Assembly: GCA_015485355.1 (NCBI GenBank)
Contig: WFTQ01000109.1
Coordinates: forward strand, 1,088 to 65,087
Length of the DNA stretch: 64,000 bases
Direction of reading: 5' to 3'
Source: a bacterium
GTDB lineage: Bacteria > Calditrichota > Calditrichia > RBG-13-44-9 > J042
In this document: one piece after another, positions 30,085-39,974 of the stretch
Layout: the number at the start of each line of letters is the position of its first letter
Position numbering within the stretch: position 1 is the stretch's first letter
The notes under the pieces: model-generated
Told to the model about the DNA's origin: nothing
Seen by the model: the letters and a program-made list of their open reading frames with translations, nothing else
The model's database searches: none
Translations under genes and position numbers: made by a program

Positions 30085-30833
30085 CCCGACGAATAATACC
30101 CTGCCTGGACGTCCACCGGGGTCAAACGGTCAAAGGCGTTCAGTTTATGGATTTGCAACCGGTGGGCGATCCGGTGCAATTGGGGCAGCTCTATGCCCAG
30201 CAGGGGGCCGATGAGTTGGCCTATCTGGATATCAGCGCCACGGTGGAGAGTCGGAGGGCCTGGGAGGCGCTGATCCGGCGGGTGGCCCGGCAGCTAAACA
30301 TCCCCTTTATGGTGGGTGGGGGTGTCCGTGCCGTTGACGATGTGGAACGGATGTTACGGGCCGGTGCCGACAAGGTGAGTGTGAACTCGGCGGCGGTGAG
30401 GGAGCCGGAGCTGGTGAGTCGATTGAGCCGGGAGTTTGGCAGCCAGTGCATCGTTGTGGCGATTGATGCCCGAAAGGAGAATGGTGATTGGTGGGTGTAC
30501 ACTCATGGGGGACGGCGGCGCACCGCCTGGCGCGCTCTGGACTGGGCCATGGAAGTTACCCAACGCGGCGCCGGGGAAATCTTGCTGACCTCTATGAATC
30601 ACGATGGCTCCCGGGAAGGCTTTGCGGTGGAGATCGTTCGCCGGTTGGCCGAAGCGCTACCCATTCCCGTGATCGCCTCCGGAGGTGCGGGGAAAAAGGA
30701 ACATTTCCTCCAGCTTTTCCGCCAAGGTCGGGCCGATGCCGCCCTGGCGGCCAGCGTCTTTCATTTCGGACACATGAGGATCGACCAACTCAAACATTAC
30801 CTTAAAGAAAACGGGATCGAGGTTCGACTATGA
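30078..30833 (+). CDS. hisF: Imidazole glycerol phosphate synthase, cyclase subunit
   Basis: [31 protein letters not shown] and IASGGAG. Confidence 0.96.
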   Translation: MLTRRIIPCLDVHRGQTVKGVQFMDLQPVGDPVQLGQLYAQQGADELAYLDISATVESRRAWEALIRRVARQLNIPFMVGGGVRAVDDVERMLRAGADKVSVNSAAVREPELVSRLSREFGSQCIVVAIDARKENGDWWVYTHGGRRRTAWRALDWAMEVTQRGAGEILLTSMNHDGSREGFAVEIVRRLAEALPIPVIASGGAGKKEHFLQLFRQGRADAALAASVFHFGHMRIDQLKHYLKENGIEVRL

Positions 30834-31456
30834 CCATCGACTTTGAGAAAGCAGGCGGCGTGGTGCCCGCCATCGTTCAAGATGCCCGAAATGGACGGGT
30901 CTTAATGCTGGGCTACATGAATCGGGAAGCTTTTCAGGAAACGCTGCGGACGGGACGGGTGACCTTTTTCAGTCGCTCCCGCCGGCGCCTGTGGACCAAG
31001 GGAGAAACCTCGGGAAACACCCTCCAGTTCCGATCGGTTCTACCGGATTGTGATGGAGATGCGCTGTTGATTCAGGCCATTCCAAGCGGCCCCGTCTGCC
31101 ATACGGGAGAGGATACCTGTTTTGGTTCGGAGAATGATCCCGAATGGAATTTTTGGGCTACCCTGGAAACCGTCATCCATCGCCGAAAAACCAGCGGCGA
31201 TGACGCATCGTATACCCGACGATTGCTGTCCCAGGGGAGTGCCGGGATCGGGCGGAAAGTGGTGGAAGAAGCCACCGAGGTGTTGCTGGCGGCTCTGTTG
31301 GAGGGTAAAGATCGGGTGGTGGAAGAGGCTGCCGATTTGATATACCACCTGATGGTGTTGCTGGTAGAACAGGATGCCCGCTTGCAGGAAGTGGAGCAGA
31401 CGCTTCGGAGGCGGAGGGGTTCCACAACAGGTGGGTCTGGGCTCCCCAGCGGTTGA
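30830..31456 (+). CDS. hisIE: Bifunctional PR-AMP cyclohydrolase/PR-ATP pyrophosphatase
   Basis: LWTKGETSGN, DCDGD, CHTG, SYT, KVVEEA and EAADLIYH. Confidence 0.95.
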   Translation: MTIDFEKAGGVVPAIVQDARNGRVLMLGYMNREAFQETLRTGRVTFFSRSRRRLWTKGETSGNTLQFRSVLPDCDGDALLIQAIPSGPVCHTGEDTCFGSENDPEWNFWATLETVIHRRKTSGDDASYTRRLLSQGSAGIGRKVVEEATEVLLAALLEGKDRVVEEAADLIYHLMVLLVEQDARLQEVEQTLRRRRGSTTGGSGLPSG

Positions 31457-31567
31457 AGGGATTCTGAGGAAACGATTTAAAACCCAAGGGTGGCCCCAAG
31501 CAGGCGGGTGGAGGAGTTTCAAACGGGGTTGCGGGAAAAACCGCAATTTTTCCCGCAACCGAAGCGA

Positions 31568-33370
31568 TTATATCGTTTCCGGTAGGGTATATTGACGCCC
31601 TCGGTTGACCTCTTTTAAGTATTCCTGAAGCGGGGCGAAATAATTCACCATGGCCCTGGCGCTCATATCCTCACCCAGCACCTCGCGCAACAGCTCGCGC
31701 CAGTCCCGGGTAGCCCCCGGCGCCATAATGTGTTCCAGAAATTTTCCCACGGCCTTGCTGCCGTAGTAATTGGTGGCATGGGGGTCTTGTTTCAAAATAT
31801 TTCGGGCAATGTAATCGTGGAACTGAAAGAGCAGCACAAAGGAGAGAGCGTAATCGTAATATTGGGCCGCATCGTTGTTGATATGCGTTTTCGAAGCGGC
31901 GTCGCAATAGGTTTCGTCCCGCGGTTCCGGGGGGATGATTCCCTGGTATTTCTTTTTCAGTTCCCACCAGGTCCGGTTAAAGCGTTCGGGGGACAAATTG
32001 TCCGCGTACAGGCGCTTTTCGAATTCCGTCATCACCCCGGCGGCCCAGGGAATGAAAACCACATAATTGAGGGCCTCCTTCAGCAGGGCTTTTATTTCGT
32101 CGGTTTGATCGTCTTCGGGTAACAGATTCAGATAGGCCAGAAAAGATTTTTGCATCGCCGCTAAGCCCATCAGGCTTCCTATGGCCTCATGAAAGGCACG
32201 ATTGGCACCGCTGCGTAAAAGGATGGGTACTTGAGGACGACTGTAGGCGATAAAGTAGTACACATGTCCCAGTTCGTGATGCACGGTTTCGTACCAGGAG
32301 GCATTGGGAATGACGCTCATCAAGCTGCGAACATCTTTATCCAGGTCCAGATGCCAGGCCGAAGCATGGGTGTTTTTCTTATATGGTGCGTCTTTGGGAA
32401 GGGGATAGAGGCTGGAATGTTCCCAGAAGGTTCTGGGCAGGGGCGGGAATCCCAGGCTGATGTAAAAACGCTCCCCTTGTTTGACGATCCATTCGGCGGT
32501 TTTATTCCCCAGCACGCCATCCAGGTCCAGCCCTTCGGCGGAAATGATGGCATTCCAATCCTGCCCCCAGCGGTTGGGCAACCAATGAGCAGGTAAATAG
32601 TCTGGAACCTGTTTGACGCCGTAACGTTTAGCCAGTTCGTACCGGGCATAGGTGTGCAATTCCCGGTACAGGGACCAGATTTCCCGAATCAGCTGTTGGG
32701 TTAGGGCCAACATTTCGTGGGTGGTCATTCCGTATTCCGAAACCTGATAGGTGAAATAGTCAGGATAATTTAGTGCCTGCACCGTTTTATTCCGCAGATC
32801 GCGGAGTTTTACCAATCCCTCTTTGAGCGCTTTTCCCACTTCCTTGCTGGCCGTCCAGGTTTTTAAGCGTTTCTCCAGAGAAGTCTCTGTCTGAAGAATT
32901 TGATCGATTTCGTTGGGCGTCACCGATCGCCCGTCAATCTTAAAATCGAACCCAAAGAGTTTTTCCGTCTGTTCGGTTTCTGCTTTAATGCGATCCTTTA
33001 CCAATTGAGGAACGGTTTGAGGATTGTTGGCGGCGATGTAAAGCATGGCTTCCAGCTGGCGAACCTGTAAAGGAGTGAGCCGATTCTTCGATTTTAAGAA
33101 TGCTTGAATGGTTTTAATGTTTTCTTTGCTGCCCGTAAAAGCCGCCAGGGCCTCGTTGGCTTTCCGGGTGGCGATGGCGTTAGTGGAATCGCCCTCGATG
33201 ATCATGGTGTTCGATTGCCACTCCGCCTTTGACGCGGCGTAATACAATTGCTGAAACTTGGCTGTGTATTGATCGATGAAGGCCTGGGCATCCTTACGAA
33301 TGTCCTGGGATGATTGGCATCCCAGCATCGCCAGCATTGCCAGAGCGAGTAGCGGGATTCGTTTCATCAT
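31568..33370 (-). CDS. M2 family (angiotensin-converting enzyme-like) metallopeptidase lipoprotein
   Basis: Lipobox MLGC, zinc motif HHELGH, downstream FHEAIG, HWLPNRWGQDW and QYYDY. RBS before the ATG at 33370. Confidence 0.92.
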   Translation of the reverse strand: MMKRIPLLALAMLAMLGCQSSQDIRKDAQAFIDQYTAKFQQLYYAASKAEWQSNTMIIEGDSTNAIATRKANEALAAFTGSKENIKTIQAFLKSKNRLTPLQVRQLEAMLYIAANNPQTVPQLVKDRIKAETEQTEKLFGFDFKIDGRSVTPNEIDQILQTETSLEKRLKTWTASKEVGKALKEGLVKLRDLRNKTVQALNYPDYFTYQVSEYGMTTHEMLALTQQLIREIWSLYRELHTYARYELAKRYGVKQVPDYLPAHWLPNRWGQDWNAIISAEGLDLDGVLGNKTAEWIVKQGERFYISLGFPPLPRTFWEHSSLYPLPKDAPYKKNTHASAWHLDLDKDVRSLMSVIPNASWYETVHHELGHVYYFIAYSRPQVPILLRSGANRAFHEAIGSLMGLAAMQKSFLAYLNLLPEDDQTDEIKALLKEALNYVVFIPWAAGVMTEFEKRLYADNLSPERFNRTWWELKKKYQGIIPPEPRDETYCDAASKTHINNDAAQYYDYALSFVLLFQFHDYIARNILKQDPHATNYYGSKAVGKFLEHIMAPGATRDWRELLREVLGEDMSARAMVNYFAPLQEYLKEVNRGRQYTLPETI

Positions 33371-33637
33371 GATCCACCCTCTTGTTATGTTGCACTTGAA
33401 TAAATTGAAATTTACAGGCTTTTCCGTAAATTTTGAAATGCTAAGTGAAAAAAGTCCTGTCTTCGAAGTAAGCCGGGCCCTTGACCGTGTCCGGATACGC
33501 CCATGGCTCACCCCCGTGCGGGTGTCCGGGAAAACCGGCTTGCCCGGGATATATTTCCCTTTGAACGGTTGCCCGGATACCCCCTCCCATGGATGATGGA
33601 AGCGGGGTGTTGGGCAGATGCGGGTGGAAGAAGCAGG

Positions 33638-33663
33638 CCGGGAGGGAAAGTCGCCCCTCCCGG
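33638..33663 (-). terminator. GC-rich hairpin downstream of the porin/MCO operon
   Basis: CCGGGAGGG-N8-CCCTCCCGG. Confidence 0.5.
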
Positions 33664-33686
33664 TCCGTGCCTGTGCGAAAACCGTT

Positions 33687-34877
33687 TTAGGGAATGTAGC
33701 CGTGTTCCAGATTGAGTAACGATTCGCGGTCGTCGAACTGATTGTTCCAGCTCTGGTCGATGGAGTAGACAAAACCGAATTGAATTCGGGTTTCGCTTTC
33801 GCCGTAAAGGGTTCTCAAGTCTCCGTTGAATTGTCGGAACTGGAGCTGGGCCACGGCATCGAAATTCTCTCCCAATCGATAGAAGACATTGCCGACGATC
33901 TGGAACTGATCGCTTTTTTGCACCAGGTCCGGAAAGATTTTATAGCCGGCGGAGAGAGCCACTTGCAGGGCGGGGCGCTCCAGTTTGCGCATCAGATAAC
34001 GCAGGGAGCCGAAGGCTGCCAGGGCTCGGGCCCGGGTCATGGTGAAAAAGTCGATCACCTGTTTTATTTCGCTGAATCCCTCGTTGTAGATTGCCTGCGC
34101 CCGGAGGTCGATAAAGTGAATGGGATCCGGTTTTAAATTGAGGACCATCGAAGCGGTGACATTTTTTAACGCCCGATCCCAGCGACGGGTATAACCGGGC
34201 CGATCGGTAAGGAAATTATTGAAACCGATTCCAATTTGTTGAAGAATGGGGCGGTTCCAGAGCTGTGTTTGAGGCACCCGATATTGAATGGAAAACCCTA
34301 TGGCATTCAAACTAAAGTCTTTTTCTGCCGTTTCCGGGGGGATGGGGGTTCGGGTAAAATGTTCCCCGTGGAGCCGTATCCACACTCTCTGGTTAAAAAT
34401 GCGGGCGTATTCCAGCACATTGCCGTATTGGTGATCTTCGGTATTTTCTCCGGACGAGAAGGGGTTCAAGACATCGGTAAATTCCAGGGCGTCGTCATCC
34501 CGGAGGGTGGGAAATTCAATCATGGCGCTGCGAACCCGGGAACGACCCAGTTTAATAATGTTGGATTGATCCTCGAGCTGGATGAAGGTTTGGTGAAAAA
34601 ACAACTGCCCCAGGTCGGACTCGGCATCCGGGAATTGAAAACCGATGACCAGCTGACCCCGGAAGGTGTTGTAGAGTTTTTGCCGAAATCCTGTGAGCAG
34701 TCCGGTGTCGGAAAAATCGTTTACCGCCGTGGTCGTCTGATGAACCAGAATATCGGTGTTAAATGAGACCACCCCTCGGGCCCCCAGCTGAATTTCCGGG
34801 TTTACCTGGGCCCCGGCCGTCATCCACAGGCCCAATGTCCCTATGATCGACAAGGCATGCTTTTTAAAGGACCTCAT
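33687..34877 (-). CDS. Putative outer-membrane porin/beta-barrel protein
   Basis: Signal peptide followed by Gln, amphipathic beta-strand pattern, 31 bp downstream of the MCO gene. Confidence 0.72.
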   Translation of the reverse strand: MRSFKKHALSIIGTLGLWMTAGAQVNPEIQLGARGVVSFNTDILVHQTTTAVNDFSDTGLLTGFRQKLYNTFRGQLVIGFQFPDAESDLGQLFFHQTFIQLEDQSNIIKLGRSRVRSAMIEFPTLRDDDALEFTDVLNPFSSGENTEDHQYGNVLEYARIFNQRVWIRLHGEHFTRTPIPPETAEKDFSLNAIGFSIQYRVPQTQLWNRPILQQIGIGFNNFLTDRPGYTRRWDRALKNVTASMVLNLKPDPIHFIDLRAQAIYNEGFSEIKQVIDFFTMTRARALAAFGSLRYLMRKLERPALQVALSAGYKIFPDLVQKSDQFQIVGNVFYRLGENFDAVAQLQFRQFNGDLRTLYGESETRIQFGFVYSIDQSWNNQFDDRESLLNLEHGYIP

Positions 34878-34908
34878 ATTGGCTCTCCTAAATAAATCGG
34901 GTTAGCGT

Positions 34909-36099
34909 TTATTCATCCAATGCCACATGGGGCAGATTGGGCAGCCCCATTTTTTGGGCCATCATGCTTAATTCCGTTTCTTCTGCGGGTAAATCTTCGT
35001 AAACCAGGGCCAGAAGATTCCCCCCGGGGTAAAGTCCGTTGTTCGTTACCCGGGAAGTGTCGTGGTCGTGAAAAGTCCAGATCCCGCGATTTTTGCCTTC
35101 AATAATAATGTCGGCCGTTTTGCCGGGGCTGAGCCGCATGGTGTTCATTTGCCAGGGTTGGGGAATGGGAAGCCCGTCGTCAGCCACCAGCCAGAAATCG
35201 TGGCCGTGGAGGTGCAGGTAGTGCTCCGTTTGACCGGCATTGATTAACCGCACGCGGATGGTTTCCCCGGAACGGATGTACAGATTGGGCGTCATGGGGT
35301 AAGACTTGCCGTTCACGGTGAACCAGTTGGGTTGAGGCAAATCTGCTTGGGACCTGCGACTAATGACATAGGGGGGCAAGTATCCCGCTTCCACTGCCTG
35401 GACGAACTCTTCTTTGGTATTGAAAACGGCGAAGCGCTTTTTGTCGAAGCGACCGGTCTTCATCAAATACATGCGCTCTTTCATTCGCTCCAGCATGGCG
35501 TTCAATTCGTTTCGCACGAAGTTACTGTCGTGGGCGGAGTAGATCAGGGTATACTCCCGTTCGTAGGGAAATTTTTTGAGGATAGGGTCGTCATCATTCT
35601 CGATAATGAAACTGCCGAACATGCCCGACTGCATGTGCAGCAAAGTCCCCCAGTGGCAATGGTAGAAATGCGTTCCATAAGGTTCGGCCGTAAATTCATA
35701 GACGAACTCCTGACCCGGCATGACGGGCATTTGAGTGACATAGGGAACCCCATCCATACGCCAGGGAACATGAAGACCGTGCCAGTGAATGGTGTGATTG
35801 AGTTCGGTTTTGTTTTTCAGGATGACCCGGACTTTATCTCCCTGTTTCACCCGAAACTCGGGTCCGGGAACCCGATTGTTGAACGCCAGAGTGTGAAATT
35901 GGAATCCGGGAACCACTTCGTGTTGGTAGATGTCGATGAAAAGATGAAACTCTTTTACGTCTCCATCCATTTTGGGCTCCAAGGCAACCGGAAAACGGCT
36001 GTTGTTGGCCGCCCGGGCCTCCGAGGTTAACAGATAATGAGGCATGAGCACAGCGGCCGACAACACGGTGGTGGTTTTAAGAAAATCGCGTCGATTCAT
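34909..36099 (-). CDS. TAT-exported two-domain multicopper oxidase (type C)
   Basis: TAT signal MNRRDFLK. Domain 1 has HTIHWHG and HCHWGTLLHMQSGM (T1 site). Domain 2 has HYLHLHG and HDHD (no T1 Cys). RBS AAGGAGG. Confidence 0.9.
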   Translation of the reverse strand: MNRRDFLKTTTVLSAAVLMPHYLLTSEARAANNSRFPVALEPKMDGDVKEFHLFIDIYQHEVVPGFQFHTLAFNNRVPGPEFRVKQGDKVRVILKNKTELNHTIHWHGLHVPWRMDGVPYVTQMPVMPGQEFVYEFTAEPYGTHFYHCHWGTLLHMQSGMFGSFIIENDDDPILKKFPYEREYTLIYSAHDSNFVRNELNAMLERMKERMYLMKTGRFDKKRFAVFNTKEEFVQAVEAGYLPPYVISRRSQADLPQPNWFTVNGKSYPMTPNLYIRSGETIRVRLINAGQTEHYLHLHGHDFWLVADDGLPIPQPWQMNTMRLSPGKTADIIIEGKNRGIWTFHDHDTSRVTNNGLYPGGNLLALVYEDLPAEETELSMMAQKMGLPNLPHVALDE

Positions 36100-36317
36100 A
36101 AATGTTTCCTCCTTTTGGAAAGTCATCAAATTTATTGAAACTACGGATGAATATTGGGCTATGCAAGTACTCCCCGGTTTCGATCCCTGAGGGAGGCCTG
36201 GGATTGAGGACGGCTGAGGTGTTTGCTGCCCGGCCCGTTCATCTGTCCCGGGAAAAGCGCTTCTGGTTCGCCAAGCATCCTTCAAATATCCGTTGCTTAA
36301 ATTCCCGAAAACAGGGT

Positions 36318-36333
36318 TTCAATAATCATGCCA
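36318..36333 (-). promoter_or_regulatory. sigma54-type promoter candidate for the MCO-porin operon
   Basis: Minus strand reads TGGCAT-GATTA-TTGAA (-12 is GA rather than GC). TGT-N10-ACA at 36438-36453 and a related site at 36407-36420 lie upstream. Confidence 0.5.
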
Positions 36334-36841
36334 AAAGTGTGGCTGTGTTCCCTCCCTTACCAGTCTTTCCCTGTTTGCCCTGCCCGATTGGCCTGAGTCT
36401 TTTGGGTGTGGATATTTCCGAAATTTGTTTCACCGGATGTAGAATAATCCACATCTCGGTTCGGATTGTCTGGAACGAGTGACCCCGCCGAGGTCGTTAT
36501 CGATGGGACGTGTAGAGGCGATGAGCGGACGGGAGCGTGTGGGTTCGAATGATCGGATGGTACCGGTGAATGGTCGGTTTCCGGCAATGACGTTCGCCGA
36601 GACAAGATTGATCTCTTCCGGACGATTCATGAAGTCCCCGCTGTTGGGCCCGCAATTTTTGCACCGAGGCTTGATCGGGGTCGTCCGGGAGGGTAAAGAA
36701 ACACCGCTCGATGCTCATCCAACGGGCGGCTGGGTCTTGTTGCGCCGGTTGCCTGGAAATGTCCGGTCGGGAAGCCAACCGAATCGGACAGTTTCCCATT
36801 CCCGGCCCCGATAAACTTCGGATGCAGACCGTTTCTGTTCC

Positions 36842-36871
36842 CCATCCGGAAAGGGTGACCTTTCCGGATGG
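36842..36871. terminator. Perfect 13-bp hairpin downstream of the P-type ATPase gene
   Basis: CCATCCGGAAAGG-GTGA-CCTTTCCGGATGG. Confidence 0.55.
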
Positions 36872-36948
36872 CAGGGGTTGGGTCGGAAAAGACATCTCGA
36901 AAGAAACGATGGGAAGGCGGTATCGGATGCCCCCCGGGGGCAGGGACT

Positions 36949-39309
36949 TTACTTTCGGAACGCGCTTGGGTTCATGTTAAAGTTCAACAGTCGCAGTGCA
37001 TTGGCTACCACAACCAGGGTCGATCCTTCGTGAAATAAGATGGCGATGCCGATGGTGGCGTAGCCGACCAGAGTGGCGATGATCAGGAAGAAGATCACTC
37101 CCAGAGAGACGGCGATGTTTTGCTGAATGATGCGTCGGGTTTTTCGGCTGAGGGCCACTGCGAAGGGGAGTTTACTCAGATCGTCTGCCATGAGGGCGAT
37201 GTCGGCGGTTTCCAGGGCCACATCGGAACCGCTGGCGCCCATGGCGATACCCACCGTGGCATTGGCCAGTGCGGGGGCGTCGTTCACCCCGTCCCCCACC
37301 ATGGCGACTTTATGGTATTTCCGGATCAGGTTCCGAATGGTGGTGACCTTATCCTGGGGCAATAAGCCGGCCTGAAATTCGGTGATGCCTACGCGCCGGG
37401 CGATGGCCATGGCGACCTGGAGATTATCGCCGGTCAGCATGATCAGCTGTTTGATGCCCAGCTTCCGCAGGGTGTTCATCGTGGAGGCGGCATCGGGGCG
37501 GGGTTGATCGGCCAGAGCAATGATCCCGAGAAACTTGCCGTTTCGGCGCACCAGCATGGTGGTATAGCCGTTGGATTGCAGCGCTGCGTTCCGCCGGGCG
37601 ACCGATTCCGGAAGGGGTTGATTTAACCGCTCTGTAAAGAGGCGTACGTTGCCGATTTCGATGGTTTCGCCGTCGATGGTGCCCACCAGGCCTTTCCCCG
37701 AGAGGGTCTGAACGGCCTCGGCTTCCGGAAAGACGAGATGCATGCTCTGGACTTTGCGGAGAATGGCCTTTGCCAGGGGATGCTGCGACCGGCTTTCCAC
37801 GGCGGCGGCCACCCGCATCAATTCCTGAGGTTCGGTTCCGTTCAAGGGAATCACCTTCACCACTTCCGGTCGACCCATGGTGATGGTGCCCGTTTTGTCG
37901 AAAGCGATGGCGTGCAGGGCCCCCAGATTTTCCAGATGCACCCCACCCTTGATCAGTATACCGGTATGGGCGGCACGGGCGATCCCGGATAGGATGGCCG
38001 AGGGCGTGGCAATGGCCAGGGCACAGGGGGAAGCAGCCACCAGGATGGTGAGACCCCTCAGAAAAGCAGTACTCCAGTCCAGCCAACCTACGAGAGGCGG
38101 CAGAAAGATGAGCAATACCACCCCACCCAGGACTACCGGGACAAAGACCCGTTCAAACTTTTCGGTAAACAGTTGAGTGGGCGATTTTTGCGTCTGGGCC
38201 TCTTCCACCATCTGGATCACCCGGGCCAGGGTGGTATCTTTGGCCAGTCGGGTCACTTCGACCTTGAGCGCCCCTTCTCCGTTGATGGTACCGGCAAAAA
38301 CCTCGCCCCCTGTTGTTTTATCGACGGGAACGCTTTCCCCGGTGATGGGGCTTTCGTCGATACTGGATTGACCCTCGACGATTTTCCCGTCGATGGGAAT
38401 CCGCTCACCGGGGCGGACGATGACGATGTCGCCCCGCTGGAGTTCCTCGACCGGGATTTCGCTTTCCTGCCCATCGCGCTGAATGCGGGCCGTTCGCGGG
38501 GCGATTCCCGCCAACGCCCGGATGGCATTGCGTGCCCGATCCATGGCGAAGTGTTCCAGGGAATGCCCCAGACTAAACAGGAATAACAACAACGCCCCTT
38601 CCGACCATGCTCCAAGTATGGCCGCCCCTACGGCGGCAACCACCATCAGGAAATCGATGTCGAATCGAAGTTTAAGGGCGGCCTTTAGGCCGTGCCGGGT
38701 GGCTTCGTATCCACCCGTCAAATAAGCCAGCATGTATAGAATGAGAGATGCCCGGGGAGGCAGGAAACCGGCTTTTTCTCCTGCAACCCCTACGGCCAGA
38801 AATGTTCCCGCCAGCAGGGAGAGGACCAGTTCGAAGTTGCGCCGTAGCCAGGTTTCTTTGCGCGCTTCTTCGATGCCGTAGCCCAGTTCCCGCACCAGGG
38901 ATCGAATCTGCCGCTGGGTGATTTTCCGGCTGTCGTATTCGATGCGCATCTTTTCGGCCGCGTAGTTCACCGTTACCGCCAAAACGCCCGGCCGTCGCTG
39001 CAGGATGTGTTCGATGCTGAGGGCGCAGTCGGCACAGTCCATTCCGGTGATCCGCAGGGTCTCGTGAATAAATTGGCGGCTGATTTCCACACCGGTCTGC
39101 CGCGCCAGTCGGCGAAGCTGTTCGATGGTGGTGAGATTGGGATCGTAATGCAAACAAAGCACGGCTTCCCCATCTTTGCGATCGATATGAACCTGTTCCA
39201 CCCCGCGTTTGATTTCCAGACGTTCGATCAGGCGCTGTACGCACTGGTCGCGTTCATCTTTTACATGGGGAAGCAAAACCGGTAATTCTATTTGCAATTT
39301 CTTTTCCAT
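36949..39309 (-). CDS. Heavy-metal P1B-type ATPase (P1B-4 signature) with N-terminal HMA-like domains
   Basis: GMDCADC, TGES, intramembrane SPC, DKTGT, HP, GDGVND and HEGST. Confidence 0.95.
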   Translation of the reverse strand: MEKKLQIELPVLLPHVKDERDQCVQRLIERLEIKRGVEQVHIDRKDGEAVLCLHYDPNLTTIEQLRRLARQTGVEISRQFIHETLRITGMDCADCALSIEHILQRRPGVLAVTVNYAAEKMRIEYDSRKITQRQIRSLVRELGYGIEEARKETWLRRNFELVLSLLAGTFLAVGVAGEKAGFLPPRASLILYMLAYLTGGYEATRHGLKAALKLRFDIDFLMVVAAVGAAILGAWSEGALLLFLFSLGHSLEHFAMDRARNAIRALAGIAPRTARIQRDGQESEIPVEELQRGDIVIVRPGERIPIDGKIVEGQSSIDESPITGESVPVDKTTGGEVFAGTINGEGALKVEVTRLAKDTTLARVIQMVEEAQTQKSPTQLFTEKFERVFVPVVLGGVVLLIFLPPLVGWLDWSTAFLRGLTILVAASPCALAIATPSAILSGIARAAHTGILIKGGVHLENLGALHAIAFDKTGTITMGRPEVVKVIPLNGTEPQELMRVAAAVESRSQHPLAKAILRKVQSMHLVFPEAEAVQTLSGKGLVGTIDGETIEIGNVRLFTERLNQPLPESVARRNAALQSNGYTTMLVRRNGKFLGIIALADQPRPDAASTMNTLRKLGIKQLIMLTGDNLQVAMAIARRVGITEFQAGLLPQDKVTTIRNLIRKYHKVAMVGDGVNDAPALANATVGIAMGASGSDVALETADIALMADDLSKLPFAVALSRKTRRIIQQNIAVSLGVIFFLIIATLVGYATIGIAILFHEGSTLVVVANALRLLNFNMNPSAFRK

Positions 39310-39398
39310 GATTGTATCCAGGTTATGAAGATCCTCAGAAAGGATGATCGCCAGCCCCTTCCCTATGATTTATCGGGGCCTCCTCGGTCCACCGACAA

Positions 39399-39974
39399 TC
39401 AGGGATTCAATTCTTTTTGAATCCGGGCCACTTCTTCGCGTATCTGAGCGGCGATGTTTCCGGTGCTTTGCAGTTTCAGATATTCTTTGAAGCAGCGTAA
39501 TGCCTCCGGGTTGTTCTTTAAAAAATATCGGTAAGTAACGCCCAATTGCAACCAGCCGTCGGCATAGGTGGGAAATTTCTGCACCGCTTCTTCGAACTTA
39601 GCCTTCCCCTGAAGGGCGTTGTTGCCTTCGCGCAAGGCGATCCCCAGATCGACCAGAGCTTCGGCCGATTCCGGATTAACGATGATGGCCAGTTCAAAAA
39701 TCTCGGCGGCGTTGTCAAACCGGCGCGCCTCCAGATAGGCATGACCCAGTGCCATGAGCAGGTTGAAATCCTGAGGATCCATTTTTAAACGGGTGCGCAG
39801 GTCCTGTATGCGTTGCTCCAGCTCCACCTGAGGAGACGCCGTTTCTTCGACTGTTTCCTCGTCTTCATGCTCGTGGGGATGTTGAGGAGGACCCAATTTT
39901 TGCACGAAAAGGTATCCGGCAAAAATGAAAAATATCACCCCCAGTATAATGAGGATTGTCCGGGTCTGCAACAT
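39399..39974 (-). CDS. Membrane-anchored TPR protein with a His/acidic linker
   Basis: N-terminal TM, PQHPHEHEDEE, then several TPR-like helix pairs. Confidence 0.8.
   Translation of the reverse strand: MLQTRTILIILGVIFFIFAGYLFVQKLGPPQHPHEHEDEETVEETASPQVELEQRIQDLRTRLKMDPQDFNLLMALGHAYLEARRFDNAAEIFELAIIVNPESAEALVDLGIALREGNNALQGKAKFEEAVQKFPTYADGWLQLGVTYRYFLKNNPEALRCFKEYLKLQSTGNIAAQIREEVARIQKELNP

Noticed and set aside
33371-33772. Long upstream extension of the M2 peptidase ORF (likewise the extensions of glnA, hisC, hisF, the MCO and the ABC half)
   Set aside because: Downstream ATGs have an RBS, signal peptide or family N-terminus, and several extensions overlap neighbouring genes.
36430-36980. 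Several 60-130 aa ORFs between the MCO and the ATPase
   Set aside because: Low-complexity translations without RBS or motifs, and the region contains regulatory-looking sites instead.
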